64,000 nucleotides of DNA from an uncultured Prolixibacteraceae bacterium (GTDB lineage: Bacteria > Bacteroidota > Bacteroidia > Bacteroidales > FEN-979). The notes below the pieces were generated by a model. That model had not been told where the DNA came from, searched no databases, and was given only the letters and a program-made list of their open reading frames with translations. The stretch is taken from positions 88,615 through 152,614 of the forward strand of contig CAZGIM010000006.1 of the NCBI GenBank assembly GCA_964525995.1, written 5' to 3'. Positions 27,596-38,232 of the stretch are shown piece by piece. The position numbers were made by a program, and so were the translations under genes. Numbering within the stretch: position 1 is the stretch's first letter; every line of letters begins with the position of its first letter.

Positions 27596-29992
27596 TTAAC
27601 CGATTTTTTCAACAATGCCCAGGTTCCCGTAAAGACGCACGAGGTCACCATCCTTGAGTTTACTACGCGCTCCCTTTACTCCGACAACTGCAGGAATTCC
27701 ATATTCCCGTGCCACCACGGCTCCATGGCTTAACGGACTGCCTATCTCGGTCACGAGCCCTGCTATGATGCTGAAATAGGGTGTCCAGCCGATATCGGTG
27801 AATGCTGCCACCATGATCTCCCCTTCACGCAACTTTTCAGCGGATTCCAGATCGCGGATAATATGAACTCTTCCTTCGACAATACCGCTGCTGACCGGAA
27901 TCCCCTTCAGTTGTCCATCCTGGATGACCGGATCGTCATGCTCTTCAAGGGGTTCCGGAATGCCAAAGCATATCTCGTCAAAAGTGAGCCGGTCGAGGAG
28001 GGGGAGCAACTCCCTTCGTTTCTTTGCTTTCACGGCCCACTTGCAGCTCCGGTCCCTGATGAGTTGCCCGATCTCTTCGTGGGTCAGGAAGAAGATCAGA
28101 TCGGGATCGTCCAACAATGAGGCTTCGACCATCCGGGCAGCGAGTTCGCGGTAACCTTTTCGTATGGTATGAACCATGCGGATCGAAAGCCCTTTTGTTA
28201 TCTCCCTGCGCGCAACGGCTTTCCGTGCCATGGGTACCAGGCTTCGTAAAATCAAACGCTTGAAGAGTGGAAGCGCTTTCAGCAAACTGTTTATCTCATG
28301 TTTTACAGTTGCCGGCTGGTGTTGGGAATCACTTTTTTTAACGCGGGTCTGTAATGATTGGATGAGCTGATGCGGATGATCTTCCCAGGGATTTTCACGG
28401 AGTTCCGACTCCCTGACACAGCGGTGACCGTGACGGTTCAGAAAAGCCGTGAAGGCCTCGCTGATAGGTTTGGGCGCTTCTTTCAACAGTAAATCGAGCG
28501 CCTCGTCAACACTGCATGAAGTGAACCGGGAGGCAAACTTTTTTTCCGATTGGATCAGGATCGCGAACCGCTCAAGCGACTTAATGGCATCGGCACTCTC
28601 GATCTCCGGAATGTCTAACAGGAGCATGGTTGCGGTATGGTGATCAGAAGCATCCGGTTTTCGCTTGTCGCCCGTCATGATCCGCATAAAGACGGAGTAG
28701 AGCGTCCCCGACTGTGCGGAGGTACCCAGGTGATGACCAAACCCAATACCCAACTGCAGGCGGGCCTCTTCCAAACTACGGTGGACGTCCTCAAGCGTAC
28801 CGTCGGTGCGAAGAGTGAACCCGGCTTCCAGTTTTTTCATCAGATCCAGGTAATGCTGGCCCCGCATGGTGTTGATCATCTGCCGGAAAAAATTGATGAT
28901 CCGGACGGGCAGGCTTGCTTCAGGCCTGATATCGAAACCGGGAAAAACCTTGCCGCTCAACGCGAACATGATATCCCCGGCGGTATTGAGCCATACTTTT
29001 TTCGGATAATCCATCATGTGGCTCATGTTGATGAACAACCGGTTGTAGAACATCTGGATATAACGGGGTTCGGTGCGATCCTGAATCCGGAAAACCCCTG
29101 CGCAATCGGCAAGCATGACCATGCCATAGTCGATGGCCCAGGCGCTTACCGACCAGGTAAGCGGAGTGGCAGCACCCGGCATCATCTCACCGATGTTTCC
29201 CAGCGTCCAAACCTCATCCGACGATCCTTTCACCGAATCGAGCTCGTTAAAATGAACCTCATCAAGGGTTGTCACCGGTCGCAATTGAAGCCAGTAGAGC
29301 GAACCCTGCTCATCAATAGCCCACTCCAGATCAACCGGTATCTTCAGGTATCGTTCGGCATTCTTGGACCCGGTAACAATTTCACGCAATTGTTTTTCAT
29401 CCAGGAGGTGTCCATTTTTTTGGATTTCCCGGGCAATGTTCGATTGATTGGGACTAACTTCATAACTGTGCGCATCTTTCATCCCACTCACCAGTCCTTC
29501 ACCCAACCCACGTACTGCATTGACCAGAACCCGGTCGCGTCGGTTGGTGACCGGATTTGCGGTAAACACCACTCCTGAAACTTTGGGTGTCACCATGTTC
29601 TGGATGATGACTGAAATACGCAGATCGGCATTGTGGGCCAGATTACCGGAATAGGAGGAAACCCGGGCTGCTCCGGCTGCTTCGATACATCCGATAACAG
29701 CTTGCTTGATTTCGTGAGGAGTTTTGAGGTTGAGGTACGTCTCGAACTGTCCGGCAAAAGATGCCTGAGCGCTATCTTCGCTGACAGCAGACGACCGAAC
29801 CGCTTTCGGGCCGGTACCCAACTGGTTGGTCACACTCCCGATCACTTCCTCAGTAATTTGTTCAGTTGAAGGATGGATGAGGACGCAAGCATCGGGTACC
29901 TTCAATCCTAATTTCCTTAGATGTTGCAGCCCTTTTGCTTTTCCACCGGCAGGCTCGTCAGTGATTTCTTCAATTAATCTGATTTGGAGCAT
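27596..29992 (-). CDS. PEP-utilising enzyme family protein with rifampicin-phosphotransferase-like architecture (N-terminal ATP-grasp, C-terminal phosphohistidine swivel domain)
   Basis: The N-terminus has GGKAKGL..VRSSAVSEDSAQASFAGQFETYLN (PPDK_N type). The extreme C-terminus has AFTDIGWTPYFSIIAGLVTEIGSPLSHGAVVAREYGIPAVVG (mobile His domain). No PEP/pyruvate TIM-barrel domain follows. Confidence 0.8.
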   Translation of the reverse strand: MLQIRLIEEITDEPAGGKAKGLQHLRKLGLKVPDACVLIHPSTEQITEEVIGSVTNQLGTGPKAVRSSAVSEDSAQASFAGQFETYLNLKTPHEIKQAVIGCIEAAGAARVSSYSGNLAHNADLRISVIIQNMVTPKVSGVVFTANPVTNRRDRVLVNAVRGLGEGLVSGMKDAHSYEVSPNQSNIAREIQKNGHLLDEKQLREIVTGSKNAERYLKIPVDLEWAIDEQGSLYWLQLRPVTTLDEVHFNELDSVKGSSDEVWTLGNIGEMMPGAATPLTWSVSAWAIDYGMVMLADCAGVFRIQDRTEPRYIQMFYNRLFINMSHMMDYPKKVWLNTAGDIMFALSGKVFPGFDIRPEASLPVRIINFFRQMINTMRGQHYLDLMKKLEAGFTLRTDGTLEDVHRSLEEARLQLGIGFGHHLGTSAQSGTLYSVFMRIMTGDKRKPDASDHHTATMLLLDIPEIESADAIKSLERFAILIQSEKKFASRFTSCSVDEALDLLLKEAPKPISEAFTAFLNRHGHRCVRESELRENPWEDHPHQLIQSLQTRVKKSDSQHQPATVKHEINSLLKALPLFKRLILRSLVPMARKAVARREITKGLSIRMVHTIRKGYRELAARMVEASLLDDPDLIFFLTHEEIGQLIRDRSCKWAVKAKKRRELLPLLDRLTFDEICFGIPEPLEEHDDPVIQDGQLKGIPVSSGIVEGRVHIIRDLESAEKLREGEIMVAAFTDIGWTPYFSIIAGLVTEIGSPLSHGAVVAREYGIPAVVGVKGARSKLKDGDLVRLYGNLGIVEKIG

Positions 29993-30085
29993 ATATGAGC
30001 AGTTCTTTCAAGGAAGTAGCACAGGTTGTGCGCTTCAAATCATCGATTTTGTCATTACATAGGATAAAAATGGATCCGATGGATT

Positions 30086-31096
30086 TCAGATCTGGTATTT
30101 ACCGGCATGAAATCCGAACTCCACCATGCCAATTCCTTCGGAACCGTCGAACCGGTAAGTCCCGATGCCTTCACGCATCTGGTATTGACCATCGTGAAGA
30201 TAGGGGAACTCCCCGTTGCGTTTGAATTCGAGGATATGCCTAAGACCACTTCTGGTTTTAATTTCAACGGTACCAGTATCGGGCAACAACTTTTGTTTCG
30301 ACACGGTATCCAGATCGGTACAGGCCACGATCGCGTCCATCGATCCGTCGGGATGCACAATGAATCCGGCGGTAAGCCGGTCGAGGAATTCCCATTTTAT
30401 TGTGGTGACGGTCCAGTGATAACCCGAATCGGAGATTCCGGTCATCCAGAAGTGCCGATCCCAGGTATCCCAGTTACGCGAACCGAAGGAGTGGTCGCGC
30501 GATGCCATCATCCGAAGGTTGAAGGTGGTTCCGTCGAGAATGATGGTACCCTCGAGGGATCCGGTTTGTTCGTAATGAACCTGATGGGTATCCTTCATCT
30601 TCAGAAAAAAGTCCCGGGTCCACTTTTTTGTGGCGATTATCCGCGCGATTTCGTCATGGTCTGAGCTTTTCTCAAAATCATAAACGGGATGATCGCCGGT
30701 AAAGAGAAGATTGGCTTCGCAATCATGGATCCCTCCGTTCCGATCATGAATCGCTCCCTTGTAGGTGACCCTCCAGATTTTTCCTACTTCAACCGGCTCA
30801 TATTTCAGGGAACCCTGCTGAAAGCCGTCCTCTTCGGGACCTGGCGAACGGGTCAGTCCGAAATATCCATGGTCTTTAAGGAAAAAATCGAACCAGAATT
30901 CGTTCCGGCGTTTTGGCTCCCTGAATGCCATCCGGGTTATGAACGCATTCCCGGCTTTGTCGCCACCATAAAAATATGAACTGTCGTTCGGATAGGGCTG
31001 ATTGGGGTCAACATGTTTCTGTTCCAGAAAATCAACGGGATAGAGCCAGCTTTTGGTACGTTTGACCATTTGCCTGGCAAGAAATCGTTTCAACAT
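30086..31096 (-). CDS. Conserved-looking hypothetical protein (336 aa, beta-rich, function unknown)
   Basis: It is a long ORF with its own TAAGTTTG promoter box 19 nt upstream. I recognised no family. A notable motif is SRDHSFGSRNWDTWDRHFW. It is co-oriented with the PEP-utilising enzyme gene, 93 bp upstream of it. Confidence 0.6.
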   Translation of the reverse strand: MLKRFLARQMVKRTKSWLYPVDFLEQKHVDPNQPYPNDSSYFYGGDKAGNAFITRMAFREPKRRNEFWFDFFLKDHGYFGLTRSPGPEEDGFQQGSLKYEPVEVGKIWRVTYKGAIHDRNGGIHDCEANLLFTGDHPVYDFEKSSDHDEIARIIATKKWTRDFFLKMKDTHQVHYEQTGSLEGTIILDGTTFNLRMMASRDHSFGSRNWDTWDRHFWMTGISDSGYHWTVTTIKWEFLDRLTAGFIVHPDGSMDAIVACTDLDTVSKQKLLPDTGTVEIKTRSGLRHILEFKRNGEFPYLHDGQYQMREGIGTYRFDGSEGIGMVEFGFHAGKYQI

Positions 31097-31115
31097 GCAG
31101 TTCTGTTTGAGGCCG

Positions 31116-31123
31116 CAAACTTA
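31116..31123 (-). promoter_or_regulatory. Candidate -7 box for the 336-aa hypothetical gene
   Basis: The reverse complement is TAAGTTTG, 19 nt before ATG 31096. Confidence 0.5.
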
Positions 31124-31177
31124 ATGAATTCCATCCAACAGTTTACAGCCACCCGGTTTTTTCTCCGAATCCCGTGC

Positions 31178-32422
31178 TTACTCTAACCGTTCCGGGTTTT
31201 TGACTGAATTGTCATCACGAATAAATTCTTTAATACCTAAAGCGGCAAGTCCCCCTTCGGCAGTCTCTTTGTAAATATGAGGCAGATCGTGTCCGGTTTG
31301 TTTCATTGCCTGGATCACCCGGTCGAAGCTGACCAGGTGCTGGCCATCGGAAAGAAGGGCGTACATATTTGCATCAAGGGATCGTGCTGCCCCGAAGGCA
31401 TTTCGTTCAATACAAGGGATCTGTACCAGTCCGAACAGCGGATCACAGGTCAGCCCTAAGAAGTGCTCCATCGCGATGGAAGCGGCGTACTCAATCTGAC
31501 CTGGAGTTCCGCCAAAAATCTGGGTTGCCGCTGCAGCCGCCATAGAACTCGCGGCGCCCACCTCACCCTGGCATCCAACTTCGGCTCCCGAGATGGAGGC
31601 ATTGGTCTTGATCAGGTTGCCGATCAGTCCGGCCGTAGCTATTCCACGGATGATCTTCTTGTCATTGAAATCATATTGCGTTTTCAGGAGATACAGGATA
31701 GCCGGCAATACGCCGCAGGAGCCGCATGTAGGTGCGGTCACGATCCGGCCGCCGGAGGCATTCTCCTCAGAAACTGCAAGGGCAAAAGCAAAAGTGAACG
31801 CCCGTCGTGCAAGAGTACCCTTGAAGCTACGGGCTTTGGTATAATAGGATGATGCTTTACGGGGCAGGTTCAGCCGGCCCGGGAGTACCCCTTCGGTTTC
31901 GATTCCCCGGTCAATAGCTTCTTGCATCACCTTCCATACCTGTGAAAGATGATCCCAGATCGCCGGCGTTTCATGAAGTTCGACAAATTCCCAAAGGGTA
32001 CGGCCACGATCCTGACACCATTCGAGGATGGAGGCCATCGTAGTGAGTTCGTAAATCTGACTAGAACGATCGCGCTTACCGGTATCGCTGATATCGCCTC
32101 CTCCAATGCTGTAAGTGGTCAGGCTTTCGCGAACGTTTCCTGCTTTGTCAAGTCCTTCAAAGAGCATCCCATTGGGATGGGCAGGAAGGAAAATTTCGGG
32201 CTGCCAGATGATTTCGAGTGGAACAGGCGCCACCGCTTCGGCTATGGCCTTGTCGGTCATGTGACCTTTTCCGGTCGCAGCGAGACTTCCATAAAGGGTT
32301 ACCCGTATCTTTTTAATTCCAGGATTGGCAGCCATGAACATTTCGGCGGCTTTCCTGGGCCCCATGGTATGGCTGCTCGACGGGCCGTTACCGATCTTGA
32401 ATATCTCTCTGATCGATTCCAT
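31178..32422 (-). CDS. sdaA: L-serine ammonia-lyase (iron-sulfur dependent, single-chain form)
   Basis: It has the N-terminal FKIGNGPSSSHTMGP motif and a C-terminal alpha-domain Cys pattern (APTCGSCG, GCQGEVG). Confidence 0.85.
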   Translation of the reverse strand: MESIREIFKIGNGPSSSHTMGPRKAAEMFMAANPGIKKIRVTLYGSLAATGKGHMTDKAIAEAVAPVPLEIIWQPEIFLPAHPNGMLFEGLDKAGNVRESLTTYSIGGGDISDTGKRDRSSQIYELTTMASILEWCQDRGRTLWEFVELHETPAIWDHLSQVWKVMQEAIDRGIETEGVLPGRLNLPRKASSYYTKARSFKGTLARRAFTFAFALAVSEENASGGRIVTAPTCGSCGVLPAILYLLKTQYDFNDKKIIRGIATAGLIGNLIKTNASISGAEVGCQGEVGAASSMAAAAATQIFGGTPGQIEYAASIAMEHFLGLTCDPLFGLVQIPCIERNAFGAARSLDANMYALLSDGQHLVSFDRVIQAMKQTGHDLPHIYKETAEGGLAALGIKEFIRDDNSVKNPERLE

Positions 32423-32435
32423 TACCGGTACCTGG

Positions 32436-33452
<1,017 letters not shown>

Positions 33453-33487
33453 TTATTGTTTAGATGAATAAATTTCTATTTTGCTGG

Positions 33488-33495
33488 CAAAATTA
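33488..33495 (-). promoter_or_regulatory. Candidate -7 box for gap
   Basis: The reverse complement is TAATTTTG, 47 nt before ATG 33440. Confidence 0.45.
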
Positions 33496-33635
33496 GTCAT
33501 TTTTCACCGGGAAAAAAAATCACTGTTTTTTTTCACAGAACTTGGAAATGAAGTAGTTTAGAGGATTGAATTGTGATAGCGAAACGGTGATTCGCTTCAG
33601 GAAATCCGGAGTAACGGGATGCATAAATCGTACGT

Positions 33636-34472
33636 ATGAAGAGTATTTTTATTATTTCTGATGGAACGGGCCGTACGGCCGAACAGACACTTCAGGCTGC
33701 CATGACACAGTTTCCGGGAACCGAGGCCGAAATCATCCATTACGGAGAGGTGCGTACGGAGCAGCAGATCAACGAAATAGTACTTGAGGTCGCCGAACGG
33801 AAGGGGATCATCGTCCATACTCTCGTCACGGAGCACCTCAGGGAAGAGCTGGTCAGGATGAGCAGGATCCACAACATCGACGCCATCGACCTGATGGGCC
33901 CCTTGCTTTCAAGGCTGGGCCACCACTTCGCAGGTACTCCAACCGGCGAGCCGGGGCTTTTCTTCAGCCTGAACAAAGAATATTTCAAGCGGATCGATTC
34001 CATGCAGTTCGCGTTCAATCACGATGACGGACAGCGTGATTATGAGTACGAAAAAGCGGAGATTGTACTGGTGGGTGTGTCGCGCACTTTCAAAACCCCG
34101 CTCAGCATCTATTTAGCGTTTAAAGGCTGGTTTGTGGCCAATTATCCCATCGTTTTAGGGGTTGACATCCCTGAATCGCTGAGCCATTTACCGGCTGGAT
34201 CGGTATTCGGACTGATGACCCAACCCCACGACCTGTCGGGCTTGCGACAGGTACGCCAGAATTATTTAGGTGGCGCGACCGGTGAGTATTCCTCACTCGA
34301 ATTTGTGCGAAGAGAGTTGAATTATGCCCAGAATATCTTTCACCGGTACGAATGGCCCGTTATCCAGGTTACCAATAAACCCATCGAGGAAATCGCCTCA
34401 GAAATCCTGGCAATCAAACGCCGCATTGATCATCCCGATAGTATTAAGAATACCAACCGCAATTATCATTAA
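33636..34472 (+). CDS. ppsR: Pyruvate,phosphate dikinase / PEP synthase regulatory protein (bifunctional kinase/pyrophosphorylase, DUF299)
   Basis: It has the N-terminus IFIISDGTGRTAE and the P-loop-like VLVGVSRTFKTP, at ~278 aa. Confidence 0.85.
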   Translation: MKSIFIISDGTGRTAEQTLQAAMTQFPGTEAEIIHYGEVRTEQQINEIVLEVAERKGIIVHTLVTEHLREELVRMSRIHNIDAIDLMGPLLSRLGHHFAGTPTGEPGLFFSLNKEYFKRIDSMQFAFNHDDGQRDYEYEKAEIVLVGVSRTFKTPLSIYLAFKGWFVANYPIVLGVDIPESLSHLPAGSVFGLMTQPHDLSGLRQVRQNYLGGATGEYSSLEFVRRELNYAQNIFHRYEWPVIQVTNKPIEEIASEILAIKRRIDHPDSIKNTNRNYH

Positions 34473-34559
34473 ACACATTGCAACTCCCGTTTGAAGCAGG
34501 TTACAGAAACAGTCCGGATTAAAAAATACAACCCTCTTCCGAATCTGGATTTATTACCT

Positions 34560-34567
34560 TAATTTTG
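34560..34567 (+). promoter_or_regulatory. Candidate -7 box for pyrG
   Basis: TAATTTTG lies 30 nt before ATG 34598. Confidence 0.5.
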
Positions 34568-34597
34568 CATGGGCCAAGCCCGCCAATTTCTCTGTTC

Positions 34598-36211
34598 ATG
34601 TCAAAAACCAAGTACATTTTCGTCACAGGCGGAGTAACTTCCTCATTGGGAAAGGGAATCATCTCCTCCTCTATAGCTAAATTATTAGTAGCGCGCGGAT
34701 TTTCAGTCACCATCCAGAAACTCGATCCCTACATCAATATCGATCCCGGTACCCTTAATCCGTACGAACACGGCGAGTGTTTTGTTACCGAAGACGGAGC
34801 TGAGACGGATCTGGATCTGGGCCACTATGAAAGATTCTCGAATGTTCCGACCTCCCAGGCCAACAATGTAACGACCGGTGTGGTCTATCAGTCGGTGATC
34901 ACCAAAGAACGACAGGGCGAATATTTGGGTGAAACGGTCCAGGTGATCCCCCATATCACAGATGAGATCAAGTACCGTATCAAACTCCTGGCCAACCGGG
35001 GCGACTACGATTTCATTATTACTGAGATCGGGGGCACCGTAGGCGACATAGAATCGTTACCCTTCATCGAGGCGGTACGTCAGTTGCGTTGGGAACTGGG
35101 ACGGAACTGTGTTGTGGTCCACTTGACTCTGGTTCCTTTTTTGGCGGCAGCCGGGGAATTAAAGACGAAACCTACGCAGCATTCGGTCAAAACGCTGCTG
35201 GAATCGGGGGTACAGCCTGATATCATCGTATGCCGAACCGAACGACATCTGACCGAAGGATTACGGAATAAAATAGCCCTCTTTTGTAATGTCAGCACCT
35301 CCTCGGTAATTGAATGCATCGACGCTGAGTCGATCTACGATGTCCCGATATTGATGCGTAAAGAGAATCTGGATTTAGAGATCCTTCGAAAAACCCGGAT
35401 GCCTGTTGAGCAGGATCCTGATTTAGCCGATTGGGAACAATTCCTGTATGCCTTGAAACATCCTTCAGGAGAAGTGGTTGTCGGACTGGTAGGCAAGTAC
35501 GTCGAGCTCAAGGATGCCTATAAGTCGATTAATGAGTCATTTATTCACGCGGGAACCGTAAACGGGGTCAAGGTTCGGGTACAGACTTTTCAATCAGAAT
35601 TTATCGATGAATCGAATGTGGCTGATAAGCTGGGCGGGCTTCACGGCATTTTAGTAGCGCCGGGATTCGGCGAGCGCGGCATTGAAGGGAAAATAACGGC
35701 CATCCGATTTGCCCGCGAAAAAAAGATCCCCTTTTTCGGAATATGTTTAGGGATGCAATGTGCCGTCATCGAATTCGGACGCAATGTACTTGGCCTGACC
35801 GGCGCCCACTCGACCGAATTCAACAAACTGACACCCCATCCGGTCATCGATATGATGGAGATGCAGAAGAAAATTTCGGGGCTGGGTGGCACCATGCGTT
35901 TGGGAGCCTATCCCTGTAAGCTGAGCAGGGAGTCGAAGGTGTTCCGTATCTATAATCAGGAAAACATTACCGAACGTCATCGCCACCGTTTTGAATTCAA
36001 CAATGAATATCTTGAAAAATACAGGTTGGCCGGAATGATCCCGGTGGGTCTCAACGAAAAGGACAACCTGGTGGAGATCATTGAACTTGAAGGGCATCCC
36101 TGGTTCATCGGAGTCCAGTTTCACCCCGAATACAAGAGTACCGTGGCCCGTCCGCATCCCTTGTTTGTCAGTTTTGTCGGTGCCGCCAAGCAATTTGCCG
36201 GCAATTCATGA
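34598..36211 (+). CDS. pyrG: CTP synthase
   Basis: It has KYIFVTGGVTSSLGKGI and the glutaminase motifs GICLGMQ and HRHRFEFN. The start is set at ATG 34598, 30 nt after a TAATTTTG box. Confidence 0.95.
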   Translation: MSKTKYIFVTGGVTSSLGKGIISSSIAKLLVARGFSVTIQKLDPYINIDPGTLNPYEHGECFVTEDGAETDLDLGHYERFSNVPTSQANNVTTGVVYQSVITKERQGEYLGETVQVIPHITDEIKYRIKLLANRGDYDFIITEIGGTVGDIESLPFIEAVRQLRWELGRNCVVVHLTLVPFLAAAGELKTKPTQHSVKTLLESGVQPDIIVCRTERHLTEGLRNKIALFCNVSTSSVIECIDAESIYDVPILMRKENLDLEILRKTRMPVEQDPDLADWEQFLYALKHPSGEVVVGLVGKYVELKDAYKSINESFIHAGTVNGVKVRVQTFQSEFIDESNVADKLGGLHGILVAPGFGERGIEGKITAIRFAREKKIPFFGICLGMQCAVIEFGRNVLGLTGAHSTEFNKLTPHPVIDMMEMQKKISGLGGTMRLGAYPCKLSRESKVFRIYNQENITERHRHRFEFNNEYLEKYRLAGMIPVGLNEKDNLVEIIELEGHPWFIGVQFHPEYKSTVARPHPLFVSFVGAAKQFAGNS

Positions 36212-36219
36212 CAATTATA

Positions 36220-36227
36220 TACCTTTG
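36220..36227 (+). promoter_or_regulatory. Candidate -7 box for yidC
   Basis: TACCTTTG lies 23 nt before ATG 36251. Confidence 0.5.
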
Positions 36228-36250
36228 CAGTCATTTTTCTTTAAACTACC

Positions 36251-38200
36251 ATGAATAGAAATACCATTATCGGCCTGGTATTGATTTTCGGAATCTTCAT
36301 AGCCTATAGCTATTTTGCGAGCCCTTCGAAAGAGCAATTGTTGGATCAGCGGCGCAAATCAGATTCCATCTACCTTGCCAACCAGATCAAACGTGAATCG
36401 GAGATCAAGGCGATCGCCCGTGATCGGGCGCTGGAAGCGGCGCGACAGAAAGAGAAACTTCTGGAGTCAGGACAGAAACTTGATTCGCTGACCATTCTTC
36501 GCATGTCGATGCGCGCCGAACTTGGTTCCTTTGCCAATGCGGCAATCGGCGCCGACACCTTCTACACCATCGAAAGCGACCTGCTGAAAATCCGCATCTC
36601 GAGCCTGGGCGGCAAAATATCGTCAGTCGAAGTAAAAAACTATCTCACATGGGATAAAAAACCGCTGTTCCTCGTCCAGAAAGATTCACTGCAATTCGGT
36701 TTTTCGTTCTTTTCCAACAACCGGATTATCAATACTGGTAGACTCTATTTTCAACCCTTCTGGCCCGACGGAAAAGATGCCGGCAAGACAACGCTCCGCG
36801 TATCCGGAAAAGATTCGTTGCGGTTCGGTATGAGGCTGTATGTAGCATCCTCTGATTCAGCCTTCGATCCTGAAAAATATATCGAGTACATCTATACCCT
36901 CAAAGGAGATGAGTACATGCTGGGTTACCGGGTCCGTTTCGTCCATATGACCGATGTGTTGGATCCCTCCACCAAGTTTTTGGTACTTAACTGGAATGAA
37001 AACCTGACACGACAGGAACGAAGCCTGAGCCAGGAACGGATGAACACAACCCTCTATTACAAAATTTTAGACGATGAAGTTGACTACCTTTCAGAGTCTA
37101 AAGATGAGGAAAAGGTCCTGAAGAATGAACGGCTGAAATGGGTCTCCTTCAAGCAGCAATTTTTCTCCACGACGCTGGTTGCCGACGGATTTTTTACCGA
37201 TCCGAGGCTCAGTGTGGCAACCCTTCCAGGCCCACGTTCCTATCTGAAGACGATGAATGCCGAATTAGCCATTCCATTTATCCCTGCCGAGAATAAGGAT
37301 ATCTCCCTTTCTGTTTATTATGGTCCCAACAAGTTTTACGGACTGAAGAAATACCATCTCGACATGGAGAAGATCATCCCGCTGGGATGGGGTTTCTTCC
37401 TTATGGCCTGGATCAATATTTACGCGGTCATTCCTGTTTTCACCTTCCTGGGAAACTTCGGATGGAACTATGGAATCATTATCTTGATCCTGACCATTTT
37501 ACTCAAAATCGTCCTGTTCCCGATCGCCTATAAAACCTATAAATCATCCGCCAAAATGAGGGCGCTCAAACCCGAAATGGATGAATTGGGCAAAAAATAC
37601 CCAAAGAAGGAGGATGCAATGAAGAAACAACAGGCTACCATGGATCTGTACAAAAAAGCCGGTGTCAATCCCATGGCAGGTTGTATTCCCCTCCTTTTGC
37701 AGATGCCGATCCTCATCGCTATGTTCCGCTTCTTTCCGTCATCCATTGAATTGCGTCAGCAGGCATTCCTGTGGGCAAAGGACCTTTCGTCGTACGACTC
37801 CATTTGGACCTTCCCGGGAGGATTTTCGATACCTTACTATGGCGATCACGTAAGTCTCTTCGCGTTGCTGATGACGATTTCGAGTATCCTTTATACCAAA
37901 ATCAATGACCAGATGATGGGAAGCACTCAGCAACAGATGCCCGGGATGAAAGTCATGATGTACCTCATGCCCCTGATGTTCCTGTTCTGGTTCAACGATT
38001 ATTCATCGGGACTCAGCTACTACTACCTTTTAGCCAACCTGTTGACTTTTGCGCAGATCTATGTCATCCGGGCCACCATCGATGAGAAGAAACTTCACGC
38101 TCAGATCGAAGCGAACCGGAAAAAACCGGTCAAAAAATCGGGTTTCCAGAAACGGCTCGAGGATATGGCAAAGCAGCGGGGATACCCGGTAAAGAAATAG
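36251..38200 (+). CDS. yidC: Membrane protein insertase YidC
   Basis: It has a large periplasmic N-domain followed by the conserved 60-kDa insertase core (ILTILLKIVLFPI, NPMAGCIPLLLQMPILIAMF). Confidence 0.9.
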   Translation: MNRNTIIGLVLIFGIFIAYSYFASPSKEQLLDQRRKSDSIYLANQIKRESEIKAIARDRALEAARQKEKLLESGQKLDSLTILRMSMRAELGSFANAAIGADTFYTIESDLLKIRISSLGGKISSVEVKNYLTWDKKPLFLVQKDSLQFGFSFFSNNRIINTGRLYFQPFWPDGKDAGKTTLRVSGKDSLRFGMRLYVASSDSAFDPEKYIEYIYTLKGDEYMLGYRVRFVHMTDVLDPSTKFLVLNWNENLTRQERSLSQERMNTTLYYKILDDEVDYLSESKDEEKVLKNERLKWVSFKQQFFSTTLVADGFFTDPRLSVATLPGPRSYLKTMNAELAIPFIPAENKDISLSVYYGPNKFYGLKKYHLDMEKIIPLGWGFFLMAWINIYAVIPVFTFLGNFGWNYGIIILILTILLKIVLFPIAYKTYKSSAKMRALKPEMDELGKKYPKKEDAMKKQQATMDLYKKAGVNPMAGCIPLLLQMPILIAMFRFFPSSIELRQQAFLWAKDLSSYDSIWTFPGGFSIPYYGDHVSLFALLMTISSILYTKINDQMMGSTQQQMPGMKVMMYLMPLMFLFWFNDYSSGLSYYYLLANLLTFAQIYVIRATIDEKKLHAQIEANRKKPVKKSGFQKRLEDMAKQRGYPVKK

Positions 38201-38219
38201 ACCCCACCCCGACGGGGTC
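38200..38219. terminator. GC-rich hairpin between convergent yidC and mqnA
   Basis: GACCCC ACCCCGAC GGGGTC forms a 6-bp GC stem. It begins at the last base of the yidC stop and ends 14 nt before the mqnA stop. Confidence 0.45.
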
Positions 38220-38232
38220 AGGGTACCGGAGG

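Noticed and set aside
28637-29578. A 313-aa ORF on the + strand, plus other long antisense ORFs (for example 16639-17358, 30107-30664, 31949-32539, 18146-18643 and 32899-33387).
   Set aside because: Each lies entirely antisense to a gene with clear family motifs. Their translations are low-complexity or Arg/Gly/Pro-rich with no recognisable motifs. These are typical shadow ORFs.
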